A stretch of 64,000 nt of DNA from Lytechinus pictus (taxonomy: Eukaryota). Positions 34,831 through 48,744 of the stretch are shown piece after piece. The notes beneath the pieces are model-generated. The model had not been told where the DNA came from, searched no databases, and worked only from the letters and a program-made list of their open reading frames with translations. A program made the position numbers and the translations under genes. Each line of letters starts with the position of its first letter. Position 1 is the stretch's first letter. The stretch is taken from assembly GCF_037042905.1 (NCBI RefSeq), contig NC_087248.1, positions 18,476,001-18,540,000 on the forward strand, given 5' to 3'.

Positions 34831-35307
34831 CCTGTTCATCCTCTTGTGGAGGAAATTTTTTGTTGATCTAATATGCATTCATTCGTAATTTGGCCATTGT
34901 TTTAAGGACTAAGAGTTGTAGTGTGCTCATCATGACTAAAATTATTCAGCATTCCATAATTTAGGTTTGTTTGTAAAGCCATATGTAACTGTAACAACTG
35001 TATCAGCCCTACCCCCAGACATCCAATATGTGCAGCAAGAGTACAAGAAAGGAAGTGGAGAGGATAGACAAGAGGAAGTAGGGAGGCATTGAATGATCTA
35101 ATGCGGCAGACAAGTGTACAGAAAGAAAGACAGACACACTCAAAAGAATAAACATAAATACCCCGACAACAATATGTGTGTCAGTGTGTAAAATGAGTCG
35201 GATGTAAAGTGCATTTTGATAAAACGAGAAGAAAGATGAAAGACCGAACAGGACACAAGAAAGAGAGAGAGAACAAAGAAATTATGGTCACAATATTCTG
35301 CCCTATA

Positions 35308-35822
35308 CAGTGCACCCCAGAAAAGTAAACCATTATTCCCATGTCTTTTTTCTTCAAAGGAAAATTAATTATGATATTTCATTTACATCATCATACAATT
35401 CAATTATTTCTCTATATTTTGATACCTAATATGTGACAAACACTTCACGCATTAATGAGCAAGAGGAATTTTAATGTCAAAATCAGGTTGCACAGAAAAG
35501 TTGAACAAGATTGGTTAGTGATACAATGACCGTGCTTATTCGACGATTAGCTTACTAGCATTTCTTTTGTATTCTGTGTGAATTTTCTCTCACTGATCCC
35601 TGTAATGAAAATGGATTCAGATTCACATGTGAGTTTCTGCGCAAATCGCTTCTGACACGCCTCAATATTTATTGCTTGTAATCTGCCATCTGCAAACGAT
35701 TTGCTCAGATGTTGGTCTCATATAAAAGATGAGATTCCACTCTTTCCATAAATATCAAATTTATAGTATGTATTATGAAATCTGTCTCTGAAAACGGGTT
35801 TCCTTTTTTGTGAGACGCACTG
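35308..35822. mobile_element. Tc1/mariner-type MITE in the putative 3' UTR
   Basis: TA|cagtgcaccccagaaaag...ttttttgtgagacgcactg|TA. Confidence 0.75.
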
Positions 35823-38186
35823 TATAATGCTTAGTCTACTTACAGCAGAATGATGTTTCTTGATCTTTACAGGTATATTATTAAGGTTTGAACGACCAAA
35901 GGAGAAAGAAAAATATAAAGAGAATAGTGTCAAATGACATAGACAGCTTGGGAATGTTTCATATAGCTTTTTTGTAAAGTAATGCATAACATTCTGATCA
36001 ACTGGAGTATGGCAAGCCATGTGTGTGCATCCACCACTTTAGCTTAATATGTAAAACAACTTTCATTTAGAGTATATTCGTTGCTTTGATGTAAATTTGA
36101 TAATTTCAAATACAGTAAAGATATTTTCCTCTTAAGCAACATGTTTACTTTAATATGTTTTATACTTGTATTCATTATGTTTTTGTTTATGCTAACAAAT
36201 AACAAGATCTAGAAGAGTTGCATGAAAATGAATAATGCACGTCTTCATCTGTTCATAATATGATATATCCGCTGTTGTCGAGGCCCTTATCAATCCATTG
36301 CTCCCTGCCTAATGGCTTCAGTGATAGATTAAACACATCCTCAACTCCTCAACTAAATGAACTCATCCACATTCATCATTTGTATAATATCTCATGAAAA
36401 GTTTTGGCGCTTCATATTTCCGTAATGTACACTGTTCGTAAAGCCATGCATAACTTTACCAACAGCTTTATGAAATAATAATTGGCATTTATATAGCGCT
36501 TTATTATTCTACAACTGTTTAAAGCGCTTCACAATTATTACCCGGTCACTTGATCCATAGCATTTCAAGCAGCCTGTTAGGCGCAAGCTTGCTAAACCAA
36601 CCACAATGACGGTTGTTTCCTACCTTTGCCCAATTAGCACCTGGGTGAGAGTGGTAAATCATCCTCGGGATGAGAAAAAAGGGCTCGTTTTAATAGGACA
36701 CTATCCCTGTCCACCCGAAACCTCCCACCCAACCCACAACCACTTTAGCTCCTTATCAGCGAGACCCTGCAATGAGATACTATTGATATGTTCTCAAGAT
36801 TAAAAGCCTTGATTTGCAAGCTGCAGGAGTGCCGATTTGGCCCAGTTTCTATTCCGCCGGGAAATAGGGAACTGATTTTGCATTTTGATTGCCGGCTGTG
36901 CGCTGTTTGTTGGGAACCTGGAGTAGACTTGTATTGCTTTTTAAAAGATGAGCAGAAAAAAAATGTGTCCTCTTGATTGTTGTTGTTGACATATGAATGC
37001 CTTTCTTTCATTCAACTGACATAGCATAGAAGTAGCATTATCATAATACCGGAACGCCATTACAAACACCACACGTTTGATCATTGTTTCGATCAATTTA
37101 ACACCACTTTTTTTCATTCAATTATACAACATTCTCTTTGGAGATGATATCTTTTTAGATCTAGGTACTTTACCACGATTATGAGTTATTTTAAGAGAGC
37201 TAGGATTATATGTATATTTGGTTAGTGCATTGCTTCTCGGTGCAATGGAAATTTCTCCCACAATGCATTTCATTTGAGAACCTTAAAGGCACGTATCTTT
37301 TGACATGTTCAGTAAATGTATGTGACACCAACGGTTATGCTATTGTGATTTGGTAACAAAAGGTATCGAGCACAGTTCTGTATTGCGTTTTCAATTTTGC
37401 TAAGGGCATGGGTGAGGCTGCCCAACCTAGCGTCAATCGCAAATATGGGTGGAATACTTAAAAAATACAAAACTCATTGATACATGTAGCTCAACAATAT
37501 AGAGCATTTTCAATCCAAACAGCAAGATTTATTTGAATACTTTGTATTTATCACCCTATGAAAAGAATATTGATCAAATTATTTTTTATACTTGTTTATT
37601 TATTCAATTATTTTTTTTAATTTATTTACTTATTTATTCATTGATTCATTGGGCATTATCAAGATAAGTACAAATGTGTAAAATGACTGAGGTGTTACTA
37701 AGTGTTAAACTCTCTTGGTGGCAGAATTTACTTGTATCACTTGGTTATTAGTGGCAGCATTGTCACATGTTTACCAAATTAAAAGTCAAGTAATTGAAGC
37801 TGCTGAAGTCAAATTAATGAACAACAGTTTGAGTGATCTGGTGGGTGTTCCATAAAACTGACTGGTGACCCTCTCTTTACAAGTAACTCAACACCAAAAA
37901 AATATGGGGTATATCATTTACTATAAGAAAGGGTCACCAGTCGTTCATAAAGTCGCTTGTAACTTCTGAAGATTTATGAAACACTCCCATTGGTCCTGTA
38001 ACAACAAAGGTTAGTAATTAATCGTACGCTTGATTTTCACTATTAATTGTACATTGTAGTCAATGTAGTCATTAAAAAAATGCTCTATAATGATTGCTAA
38101 GTTTTATGTTCTGGGCCCCGGATGTGAAAATATGGTTTGACTTTTGGATGGTCAAGCGTGCAGTATACTACTTTACATGTAAATTT

Positions 38187-38398
38187 GGTTCCATGACGTT
38201 TGCTCTGGCGACAATTACTCCGCTCTGAATTTCACATCCTAATCAAATAACCAACTTCAACCCTGGGTTTAACAATATACATGTACCCTACCCTAACATT
38301 AACCCTAAACCTAACATAAAACCCTATTGCAACCCTAACCCTACATCTTAGACAAAATTAAGCCTGGAGAAATCGTCGCAGGAGCAATTGTTGTGTCA
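38187..38398. mobile_element. Second copy of the CCCTAA-core element
   Basis: Shares aaacctaacataaaaccctattgcaaccc...ctacatcttagacaaaattaagcc with 30425. Confidence 0.75.
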
Positions 38399-39846
38399 CT
38401 GTGTAATTGTCCTCTCTCTCACTCTCTCCCTCCCCCTTTTCCCACTCTCTTTCTCTTCCTTCACTTCTCTCTTTCTCACTTTCTCCCCTCTCTCTCCCTC
38501 TTTCTCTCTATCTCGCTCTGTTATATTTTTTTGTATAAGTATCATTCTTTCCCTTTCTTCCTGCATTTCTACTGTACCTCTTTAACTCTTTAACTTAATG
38601 TTTAAGATCAAACAATTTTATTAATTATTTAATTTGGCTTGGTACATAGTGCAATAATCAAACCAATCATTGCATACAATGTATGTTTGTTAAGATATTC
38701 TAACTAATTTGTGAATATGCAAATATACTGTATGTTTTAGCAATAAGCATCATATTTATATTATGGTCTTTTATGTACAGGTGCAAATGTGCAATACATT
38801 TAGAATATTGATGTAATACATGAAAAAGTTATGTATTTATTGTTGAGGCCTATGTTGAATGTTAAAGGAGGTAATCAAGGCTGAAAATTTTGTGAATTAA
38901 AGTCGGACAAACATATCACCTTTAAAGCGTTGTAAACATTAGTATATTTCAAACCAAAAGACAGACACTAATGCACCTATCTTTCTCATCCGAAATTAAT
39001 GGACTAGCTAACATGTGATTTAGCAATAATTTTGACACAGTAAAACTATTAATTTAATCCATTTATATCCAAAAACACTAACGTTTTTCCTTTTTTTTTC
39101 ATATCACGAGGTAGTGAGTGGCTCATTTTTTTTAAATTTAAACATGACTGTCATTCTTTAAACTTGAATGCCTTCATAAATGTGTCTTATAATTTATTTT
39201 TATGTTGAAAATTATATACAGGCTGGACCTATCAAAAAAGGGGATTTTTTTTCTTTTATATTTTGCTCAGGCGTTATTTTATTCTGAAGAATGCATTTTT
39301 TTTCATCCTCCCTGTATGTGATTAGGGTATTTTTTTCTAATCTTTCCCATATAGGTTCAAACATTAAATGGATTCAAAGTGTTAGGAAGACAACTTTAAC
39401 ATTTTGAAGAAAAAAGGGTATTGAAAAAATCAAGAAATGCATGCTTCTCTGCTGGTCAGATGAATAGATTCCTTTTCTTTTTTTGATAAATATTTCTAAA
39501 GTTTATATCAAGCACGATACTCGTAGCATACTGTATATCTGGAGAAAGTTTGTGATCTATTCTATTGTGTGTATATTTGTATAAATTTGTGTACATTTGC
39601 ATGGGCAATTTCAACATATTATGGCAATACGCTTCACTGTGCATTATTTCATACTAATACCAAACATAGTTTATTGTATAATTTCATCCCATTTTGGGCG
39701 GAGACGAGAAATATGAATTATATTTATTATATATTCCTGGGTAAAATTTATTGTGTATGTTGTGTGTTTCACATTCTGTCTGATTGTTGTGTAAAAGCTT
39801 TGAAGAAAATTATGTATATTTGTAAAGTTGTTGCATGATATTTTGA

Positions 39847-39852
39847 AATAAA
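39847..39852 (+). promoter_or_regulatory. Candidate polyadenylation signal of the LRRK gene (3' UTR ~5.8 kb)
   Basis: AATAAA preceded by several TGTA motifs, followed by a T/GT-rich tract, then an abrupt switch to purine-rich intergenic sequence. Confidence 0.45.
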
Positions 39853-41800
39853 GTGATGTAAAGTGAAGGAAATTGAGTCTTTTTGATTTAGTTTTGTTTT
39901 CTATGCGGCTGACAGAATATGTTTCTACAATTGAAAAACAAGAAAGAAGTGGAAGAGGAACATCAAAAGGAAGAAGGAGGAGGATAATGAAGAAAATTAA
40001 GAAAGAAAAGGAAGAGGAAGAATAAGACATTCTGAAATTTGAAAAAAAAAATGTAGGCCTCCAATCCTTTTAAAACTTATTTTTCCTCATTTAGTTATTT
40101 ATATATTCATATTCCACAAATTCTCAAAGTACATTTCATAATAAATCATTTACAGAAGAAGTATACATCTGCATGTGCAGTTTTGAAACGTACCAATAAA
40201 ATGAAAAATAGTGGAGGGGCCCCATTAAAAAGCAAAGCTTGTAAGATGTAGACCCCCTATCGAAATTATATACAAGGGTAATATATTATATGAATATAGT
40301 AAAATAACCAGCAAAATTCGATAAATTGATATAGATATAAACACTGTATCACGAATGTATATACACTGTATACAAAATTATGTATTAATAATCAACACTA
40401 CCGTGGATATTTGATTAAATCAGTATGAATTCAGAAGAATTTTTTGATGAGTAATTTTCTTCTTCTTTAAAGAAATAGAAGAAAAGAAGGAGATGGGGAA
40501 AAGAAAGAAGAAAAGAAATGTAGGGAAAGGAATACAGAAACTAATGATGGAATTACAAGAAAATACATAAGAGATAAACAATAATGAATGAAGGGATAGT
40601 TATAACTGAAATGAGAGAGGAGAGGAGTGATAGAGTGAAAGCAAGGAAAACGCCGACTATAACTAGAAAGATTGGGGCGAGATGAGAAAAAATTAGGAAG
40701 ATGGAAAGAATGATGAACATCTATTAACAGGCCAGTCATATTCTACCATCCGTGCGCGGATATACGCTTCTGAACAAAATTTGAAATTATTGATAGGATA
40801 CATGTACTTCTCACCCCCCCCCCCCCCCCCCCCCTCTGAATCGCCGCCTATAGGCCTCCTACCCATCCATTTATTTGATTTGATTTGGTTTGATTCATTC
40901 ACAACGATATAACAATATATGTACGTACAAGTATCTACAAACACTGCAAAATGGAATGGATGATGACGAAGATGAAAAGTGGAGGGATCTACTGAATAGT
41001 TAATGTTGTTCTCATTTTTGTTATTATCATTTTTATCAAAAACAGGTTTATATAATATCTGCTCACTAAATCGAGTGACCAGATATTAGATAAAAACATT
41101 TTTAGTATAAAAAAATATTGATAATAGAATAATAATAATAATGATAATAATGATAGTAATGATAGTAATGACAAATAATACAAGAGGAAAAATCCATTGA
41201 TTTCGCAAGAACTAATTTCTTACAGGTATTATTCAGTTGGCCTATGTGACAGGGTGTGGAGAAAAGTAAAGTTTTGCTTGGAAGAGATTAATTTAAATAA
41301 CAAAAGAGAGAGAGAAAAAAAGAGCGAGGGGAGAAAGAGAGAGCAAGGTTGTTGCTTAACGCGGTAAACAAAAGAAGCAAAAATTTTTATCAATGACGCC
41401 TATTATTGATACGTTTAATACGGACTGTGAATCCTATCGGGTAGGCCTATTTTAACAAGCAAATTCTCCTTTGTTTCTTGTCGATTGTGGTCCGAACAAT
41501 ACCCAAGAATCCTGAACATGACATCGTGGAATCAGCCCGGGTCTTTTTTTAAGGTACAGTAAGTTGTTCTAGGAATGCACTACATTCCTCTTATAGATAT
41601 CAATTAGCATACACGTCCTCATGAGCTCCCAAGTGACGCTTTGAAGGCTTAAATTAATCTATTTCATGTTCTGGAATAGTTTCGGTGTACTTGTAGTGAC
41701 CTTGCTCCGTGTCTTTTGAAATCTCTACCAAGAACTTCAAATCTGTAGTTAGCAAGGACCTGTCTTTTCCAGCAACTGCAAGAGTAATGACACCCCGACA

Positions 41801-42163
41801 ATGGCAATGGCGCCTACATGTTTCTTACAGATAAGTGGCGCTAAAACGTTGTTTATCATCATCATCATCGTCGCCTCGATCGTCGTCATATGGACCTCAA
41901 CTTCGAATAAGCAAGTTATTTGACATGACTTTACAGACATGCTTCAATCAAATGTGACCACTAAAGTCTGGGGCCTACCTGAGACATTTCCAAGTGACAT
42001 ACCTGCACTGAGCTGCATGAGGCTCGAACCACGGACCCCGGAATTTAGTTTGGAACTTCCTGAGCGCAGCTACATGGATTTCAGGTGTGCGCGGCAAAGG
42101 AGAACGCAGGTCACGTGGCTGATGGTGTTGCTTTGACGACGTTGATGGATTGGAGGAAAATAG
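41801..42163 (+). pseudogene. Signal-anchor ORF interrupted by stops (pseudo-exon or 40-aa membrane micropeptide)
   Basis: MAMAPTCFLQISGAKTLFIIIIIVASIVVIWTSTSNKQVI*, continuing in frame into ORF 41939-42136; strong donor AG|gtaagt at 42163/42164. Confidence 0.35.
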
Positions 42164-44129
42164 GTAAGTTGTCTTTTGTCAACTTTTTTTTTAGTTAGCG
42201 TCACCGCGGTCACGTACATGTATATTTAAAATACTGATCTATATATATATATTTGGAATACGATTAACGAAATGATTATTATTATTTGAAACATCACGTT
42301 GTCTTGCCTCTTTTTGGAAGATGATTGCTGTAATTTGTTAATGGGGATTCGACAAGCTTGTGCCATGAACCACTCATTCAATGAACGCTCTCAGTTATAT
42401 CTCCATGTGTGGCAAAATAAGGGTGGCAATGTTTGGCTTATTTTCTCTTTTTCTTTGCGACAAATGCTTGATTTTTTTTTACACTGACAGTTTCCATTAC
42501 ACCTATTCGTCATGCAACTTGGCTCTTAAGTAAATTTGATTCTTTAAATTATTTTTTTCTTAATTAAAAATAGAGATTAAAAAATGTTAATTTTCTTGCC
42601 ATATTACTTTCCACCAATAGAGGGCGTACACAAAAATATGCCCAAAAATCAAGTTTTTGAGCGCTCTGGTGAATACAAAAATTATTCCCAAGTTACTAAT
42701 GAAAAATAAATTGCAACTGTATGGAAATTAGTAATTTTGGTCACAAAAGTTATATTTTAATGATTTTTTTAAGTGTGTGCTCTGTACAACATTGGCATAC
42801 CATAGTCCTACCTGTAGATTCCCCACAGGCAGGATGGTTGCAGTGAACAAGTGCCATGAACCTAAATTGAAGATAGGCCTTTATACATAAACGAATAATA
42901 AAATATATGTTTACAAATTCCCCTCATGTGGGAATTAAGTGTGATATTTGTGAAATGTCGTCGTTGGTTCATCATTTTCTTGTAATGTCAATGTCTTTCA
43001 TGTCACGGAGAGCGCACGCAGTCGAGGTGAAGCTAATAAGCGCGGGGAAAACAAAATCTATAAAACATCGTGGTATTAATGTCGTCTGTTCTCGAATCGA
43101 TATCAACGATATAATCAAGAAGGAAGCCTTCTTCATCAAATAATGTTCATAAAGCCTTGAACGTGTGCTCTGACCGTGAGGAAAAATGTGGTGGTATTTA
43201 TGATTTGATGTAGGTCTATGGAATATGAACATATTCGTGCAAAGAAAGAGAAAAACACATGGAATTGAGGTGATCAGACCTTTCAGACGTTAAAATTTGC
43301 TTGGGCGCACCCGGTGACGAGAATGGTATCGCGGTTTGAAATAAGTTGTTCAGTCTAGACTATTACGAAAGGAGGATATCATTATATCTGACTTTGATAT
43401 CACAGTTTGGTATAATTGAACCGAATCTTATGATACAGCTGAATTCGCACCTGCCAAAAAAGAGAGACGGCAAAGGGTGAAAAAGGCCGGCAGAGACAGA
43501 TTAAAGCGAGAGATGGAATGAGACCAGCTAGTACAGAACTATATATACTGAGAGAAAGATATATATAAAGGGGCACGAGGAAGGGAGGGTATCTGGGAGA
43601 CGAGAGAGATTTCAAAGCCAGAGAAGGAGGGATCAGGCGAGAGAATGTGATACTTTAAACTGGAGAAAATAGTAAAATAATGATAATAATAATAACAATT
43701 TTATATTGGGAATCTATCGACTTGAAAAGACCGACGTAAATACCATAACAGTATCATTAGATTTAGTAATGTAGTTAACTATTGTCGTTGCTTTAGCTGT
43801 TGTTGGTGTTTTAACACCAAGAACTTAAAAGTTCCAAGTAGGCCCGAGACATCGTGTGCTTGTGCTGGGGTTGGGTGGAAAGTGTTCTAGCAAACAAGTA
43901 AAAGAAAGGGAGGAGAGAAAGTAATTCGGACAGGTAAGCTGAGAGGCGAGGAGAGAAGGAAGAAATTGGACAAGACAGACAAAATTAAAGAGTAAGAACA
44001 AAGAAACTATAACAAAGAGCATATATCTAACAAGAGATAACATAATCGGGTACAGCTTGTCAGGGGACAACATGGTTGACTTTGTATCAGAATATAGTCG
44101 CGAAATGGTGTCTTAGAAATGAACAGTCA

Positions 44130-44269
44130 TGCTGCAGTCACATTTCCCCTACGGCGGCCGTCATTTGTATTCAAACCACATACATGTATATGTAGCTGGT
44201 ACAACAACTGTTAAAACGGCTGTTTTTGACTCGCCGTACGGCCGCCGTTGGAGAAATGTGACTTCGGCA
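44130..44269. mobile_element. Harbinger-like MITE
   Basis: tgctgcagtcacattt..ctacggcggccgt / acggccgccgttggagaaatgtgacttcggca. Confidence 0.7.
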
Positions 44270-44380
44270 TACATTCAGTTCATTTTATCCGTTGGCATGC
44301 TCTCCCTAGTTGGGTTTTTCACGAAACTAGCAATGGAAAACATCCTGTCAACGTAAAAACCGATAAAAGGGACCTGGAAC

Positions 44381-46129
44381 CACTGGCGTAAATCCTGGGG
44401 GGGGGGGGATGGGGGGATATATCCCCCCCACTTTTCGAGGAGGGGGGGATGGCCTGTACAATCATCCCCCCCCCCCACTTTTTACGAAAGAAATAAAAAA
44501 AAATCACAAGAGATAATTGTTTTATTGGTGAAAATTCTTCCTAAAATACCGCTTAACAAATAAAACAATATTATTGAATCATAAAATGCAAATAAAGAGC
44601 CAGTTCACCATTTCCAAACGAAATACTTATGTCCTTATTATAACATTGAATAGAAACCCCCGTTTCTTCCGATTCATCAATGTTGGGGTCTTTGGGGAGG
44701 GATTAAGATGGAATGTCAATTTTTTTTTAATGTAATCTCTAATAAAACCATTAAACCATCATGGGGTAAACAAATAATAATATTGGAGGGGTATTTGCCA
44801 TATGGACATACAGTGGCGTAACTACGGGGGGGGGGCATGGGAGGCACATGCTCCCCCCCCCCCCCCCCCATCGGCTGACAAAAAAAACCCGGGGAAATGG
44901 GGAAAAAGAGAAAAGAGGGAGAAAGGAAAAGAAACGTAGTGGGAAAGAAGAAAGTATTATTCATTATAATGTTATATTATATTATAATTATGTTATGTTA
45001 CATTACATAAGAAACATTTTTATCATAACTTTATGAAACATAATTTGCCCAGGGCCTACGTCTTCATTGTTCCTGGTGCTCGCATTGTCTGTTCAACGAT
45101 AATCCTGTTGTACTAAAACATCCCGTTTTCAAGTCAATATAAACCAAATATATTTCCTAGCACTTGAGTTATCATTGTTTTATGTAGTGACATAGGCCTA
45201 TGCTTCTTTTACATGACTCAAAAAGTGATTGCCCCATGTTAAGGTCTTCGTATATATAAAAACATTTCCTGTCCGTGATTACGTTCGCATTAGTGGATTG
45301 GTGAGATATGTCTGCTCTTCATGAATTCCTAAAATCAGTCCTTAAAATGTCCCTTTTTCTGATATGAATATCAAAAATGTTCAGCTCGCGCTTCGCACTC
45401 GCATCATTTGGTTAATGAAATACGTATGGTCCAAGTTAATTCCTACAAAGAAACCTTAGAATGCCCCACTTCAGGTCTGAATTATCTAACTTATCTAAAT
45501 TTTCTGCTCGCGCCTCACGCTCGCAATATTTGATTAGTGAGATGCGTATGATAATCATGATTGCAATGACTACAAAAAGTGTTTCATGTGTTCAGATGTA
45601 ATTCTACTAAAATCAGCAAGCGCTTGGCACTCGCATTAGATGACTATGGTGAGATATGCATACTCTTAATGGATTCCTAAAATATATTCCTTAAAATCTC
45701 GCTGTTTGGGGTCAAAATATACGAAAATTTCAGCTCGCGCTTTGCGCTCGCATTGTTTAGCGAGACAGGTAACTATCATGATTACGCAAATTTGATTATA
45801 ATGTCCCTTTTTAGGTGTGAATATTAAAAAAATTCAGCTCGCGCTTCGCGCTCGCATAATTTGATCAGTGAGATACATATCCGTTCAATGACATTGTCCT
45901 TAAAATGTCTCTATTAGGTCAGAATAACTAGCAACTGAGCGCGCTTCGCGCGCTCACTCAGTGATTCAAAGATTTTGCTGGTGCCCCCACAATGCCGTGA
46001 CCCACGGTACGCCACTGTGGACATATCAATTACAATTCCTTGCATATCTAAAAACATGATTGCAAAAAAAATGCCAAAATATTTCAGTCATCCCCCCCCC
46101 CCACCCCTCAACACGGATTTACGCCAGTG
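44381..46129. mobile_element. Outer non-autonomous hAT element
   Basis: TIRs cactggcgtaaatcc / ggatttacgccagtg; 8-bp TSD cctggaac / cttggaac. Confidence 0.85.
44811..46017. mobile_element. Inner non-autonomous hAT element with internal ~120-bp tandem repeats
   Basis: TIRs cagtggcgta / tacgccactg; perfect TSD tggacata; about five repeats containing cagctcgcgcttcgcgctcgca. Confidence 0.9.
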
Positions 46130-48744
46130 CTTGGAACAATTTTTAAATAGGGGTTGCTGGGGGTTTTCTACAGGGGGATTGTCAGAAAAAAAACAATTAC
46201 AAGCAAATAATAATAATATCATATATAAATTCATTTCAAATTATTAGAGATATACATAATCAGCAGATATTAATTGCCTTCTATAAATCTCTCTGAAGTA
46301 AAAATAATTTTGCCATTACCATTAATATGTTGCTGTATGCATCCTTTCTTATCTATCATGTCTATAGGCAATAGGTGTCGAATATAGGCCTACTAAAGAG
46401 AGTAAAAATCATATGCCATCATATTGAAATATAAAGTTGTTACGCTTCAGATTTTAATTGTGAGATCAATTCATTCCATGAATAAAACCATTTCAGAGAA
46501 AGGTTTTAAAATTTAAAGTTTGCCAACTTGAATTATTTTTCCAAAGGCCTTCCAAGTGCTCCGGTGATAAGTCTTATATTAATATCTTCTGCTCAGGTTT
46601 AAGAACCTGATTGACATCCGAAGAAGAAAATTTGATAATGAAAATTGATCTTGGACGTCTTGTAATACGGAGATAATTGCACCATAATTATCTCAGTAGG
46701 GACGTCAGAAACTTTCAATCCCTTCCCCGAAATAAAGAATGGAAAGACGGCCGCAAGTACATCTGACAAGGCAGGCGAAACACCAATTGGCGCAAGAAGG
46801 ATCATTCATTCCGTCTACGACTCACCCTAATGATCCTTAAACTACGTCCCATTTTCAAATTAACCATGATTCGAATGCATCATTAGCAATAAATATCTCA
46901 CTAAGAAGTTGGAGCTCCTCAAAACGACGCATCCACAAGTCCATAGCGCGCGCTTCGGTCACAAACAAAACGGAAAGCAAACACACAGAGAGACTAAAGG
47001 GGTAATTCATCTCTCCTTTATGTCTTCTTTAAGACAGCCTTGCACGTCGAGAACGTTCCGCCTTCTAATAAGTTAAGTGTCTTCGCTGTTTACTGCAAAG
47101 ATGATCAATAATTGGGATTGATAATGAAGACGAAGGAATGTGGTATTTATCTTGATCTGTGCGTTGCCCGAGCTCACCGAGCGATCTCTGTACTTTCTAA
47201 AGAAGGTAATGCACCGAGGCTGCAAGGCTTATCCGTCAATAGACGATAATATAGAAATCATATTCATAATCATATCGCATTCGGCTCAAATGAAAGTAAA
47301 TTAATCAGATTTATTTTGAGAAGGATAAAGCGGAAGCCTTGTATTATAGTATTTTATTTACAATAAACTGAACATTATTTGTGTTTTGCCTATTTAATTC
47401 ATGTTTATACATGTAGGTGTTTGGGGTCTTCGTTGTTTTTATTTTCTTAGTTTAGATTTTAGACAGGGGCTGAGCCGAAGGGGGGGGGGTGAACATGCAT
47501 GCAACTGTACAGTCACAATTTGGTGGTCTTTTTTTTTCTTTGTATACATTTACTGAGGATAGTAGAGGCTGAAACCCACTCTATGTGATTGGTGCGCTTT
47601 TATAACTAATATCACGATTTAGCTTTGAAAATAAGAATTGTTAATCCCCATTCAAATGTCGTAAACAAAATCAATTATGGCTGAAACAACAGTTCATAAA
47701 TATTGGGAAGAGTGCTGAATCGAGGATGTTACACGAAATAATGCGTCAGTTTCGCATAATAAAAATTAAAGGAAGTTTATAGACATCAAATCATGCTATA
47801 AGTGGATGTTGCCCAGTATCGATCCTACAAATGGAAAGTTCAATCACATTAAGCACTCTATCAGTAACTATACCATACCTCGTAATGACACCTTTTAACA
47901 GTTTACAGGCATAAGAGAGCCGAGAACGGACAGAGATGAAGCGGTTTGTCACATCGGTTGTTACCAAAGAACATTTCCGGGATTGCATCATCTCCCATCA
48001 TCATCATCCTTCTCCTTCTCCATGTGCAACCCGCGTAGCCAGGATTTAATTTTTGGAAGATGCTATAAGTGCATGCGAAGCGCGCCCTCTAGATGGATCG
48101 TGAAGGGAGAGGAGTTTTCCCCCTCCTGCGAATCGTGAAGCCCCACCCCCCTTTTTTGGCAGGAGTTTCAGCATTTTATTCATAAATGGATAATAAATAA
48201 AAATCTTCACATAATAACAAAAATATAAATGAACACATTTTAATGTGACAGTCGCGTAAAATTCATTTTTTTTGTTAATACGAGCGAGCAAGCGAAGCGA
48301 GCTACATGTAGCAAAAATTTCCACATTTCCAAATCTTGGGACAGATATTGACTTAATATTCTGGAAATAATATCGCAATTATTTCACCCTTCACTTTTTC
48401 ACTTTTTATTCACCTTTCTCTTTTTTTTCTTGTTCTTGAAAATTGGGAGGGGGCAAAATTTTAAGCCACTATTCCTTCCTGTGCATAGCATATTAAGCTA
48501 TGAAGTTTAAACATGTTAAAGGATGGATGTTATATCAAATTGTGAACCAAATGCACATATTCATAGTACCATCACCAGCTCCAATTTGATTGATTTTCTA
48601 AGATTTTTCTAAAAGTTGAATACGAGGAAAACAGAGCGCCAAAATGGGGAAAAAATGATGCAAGGATTTCCGAGAAAAAAATGGTGTTTAATTTCTCGGA
48701 CTCATATGCGCCATCCTTTGTAGTTTTAAGAAACTTTAGGAACT

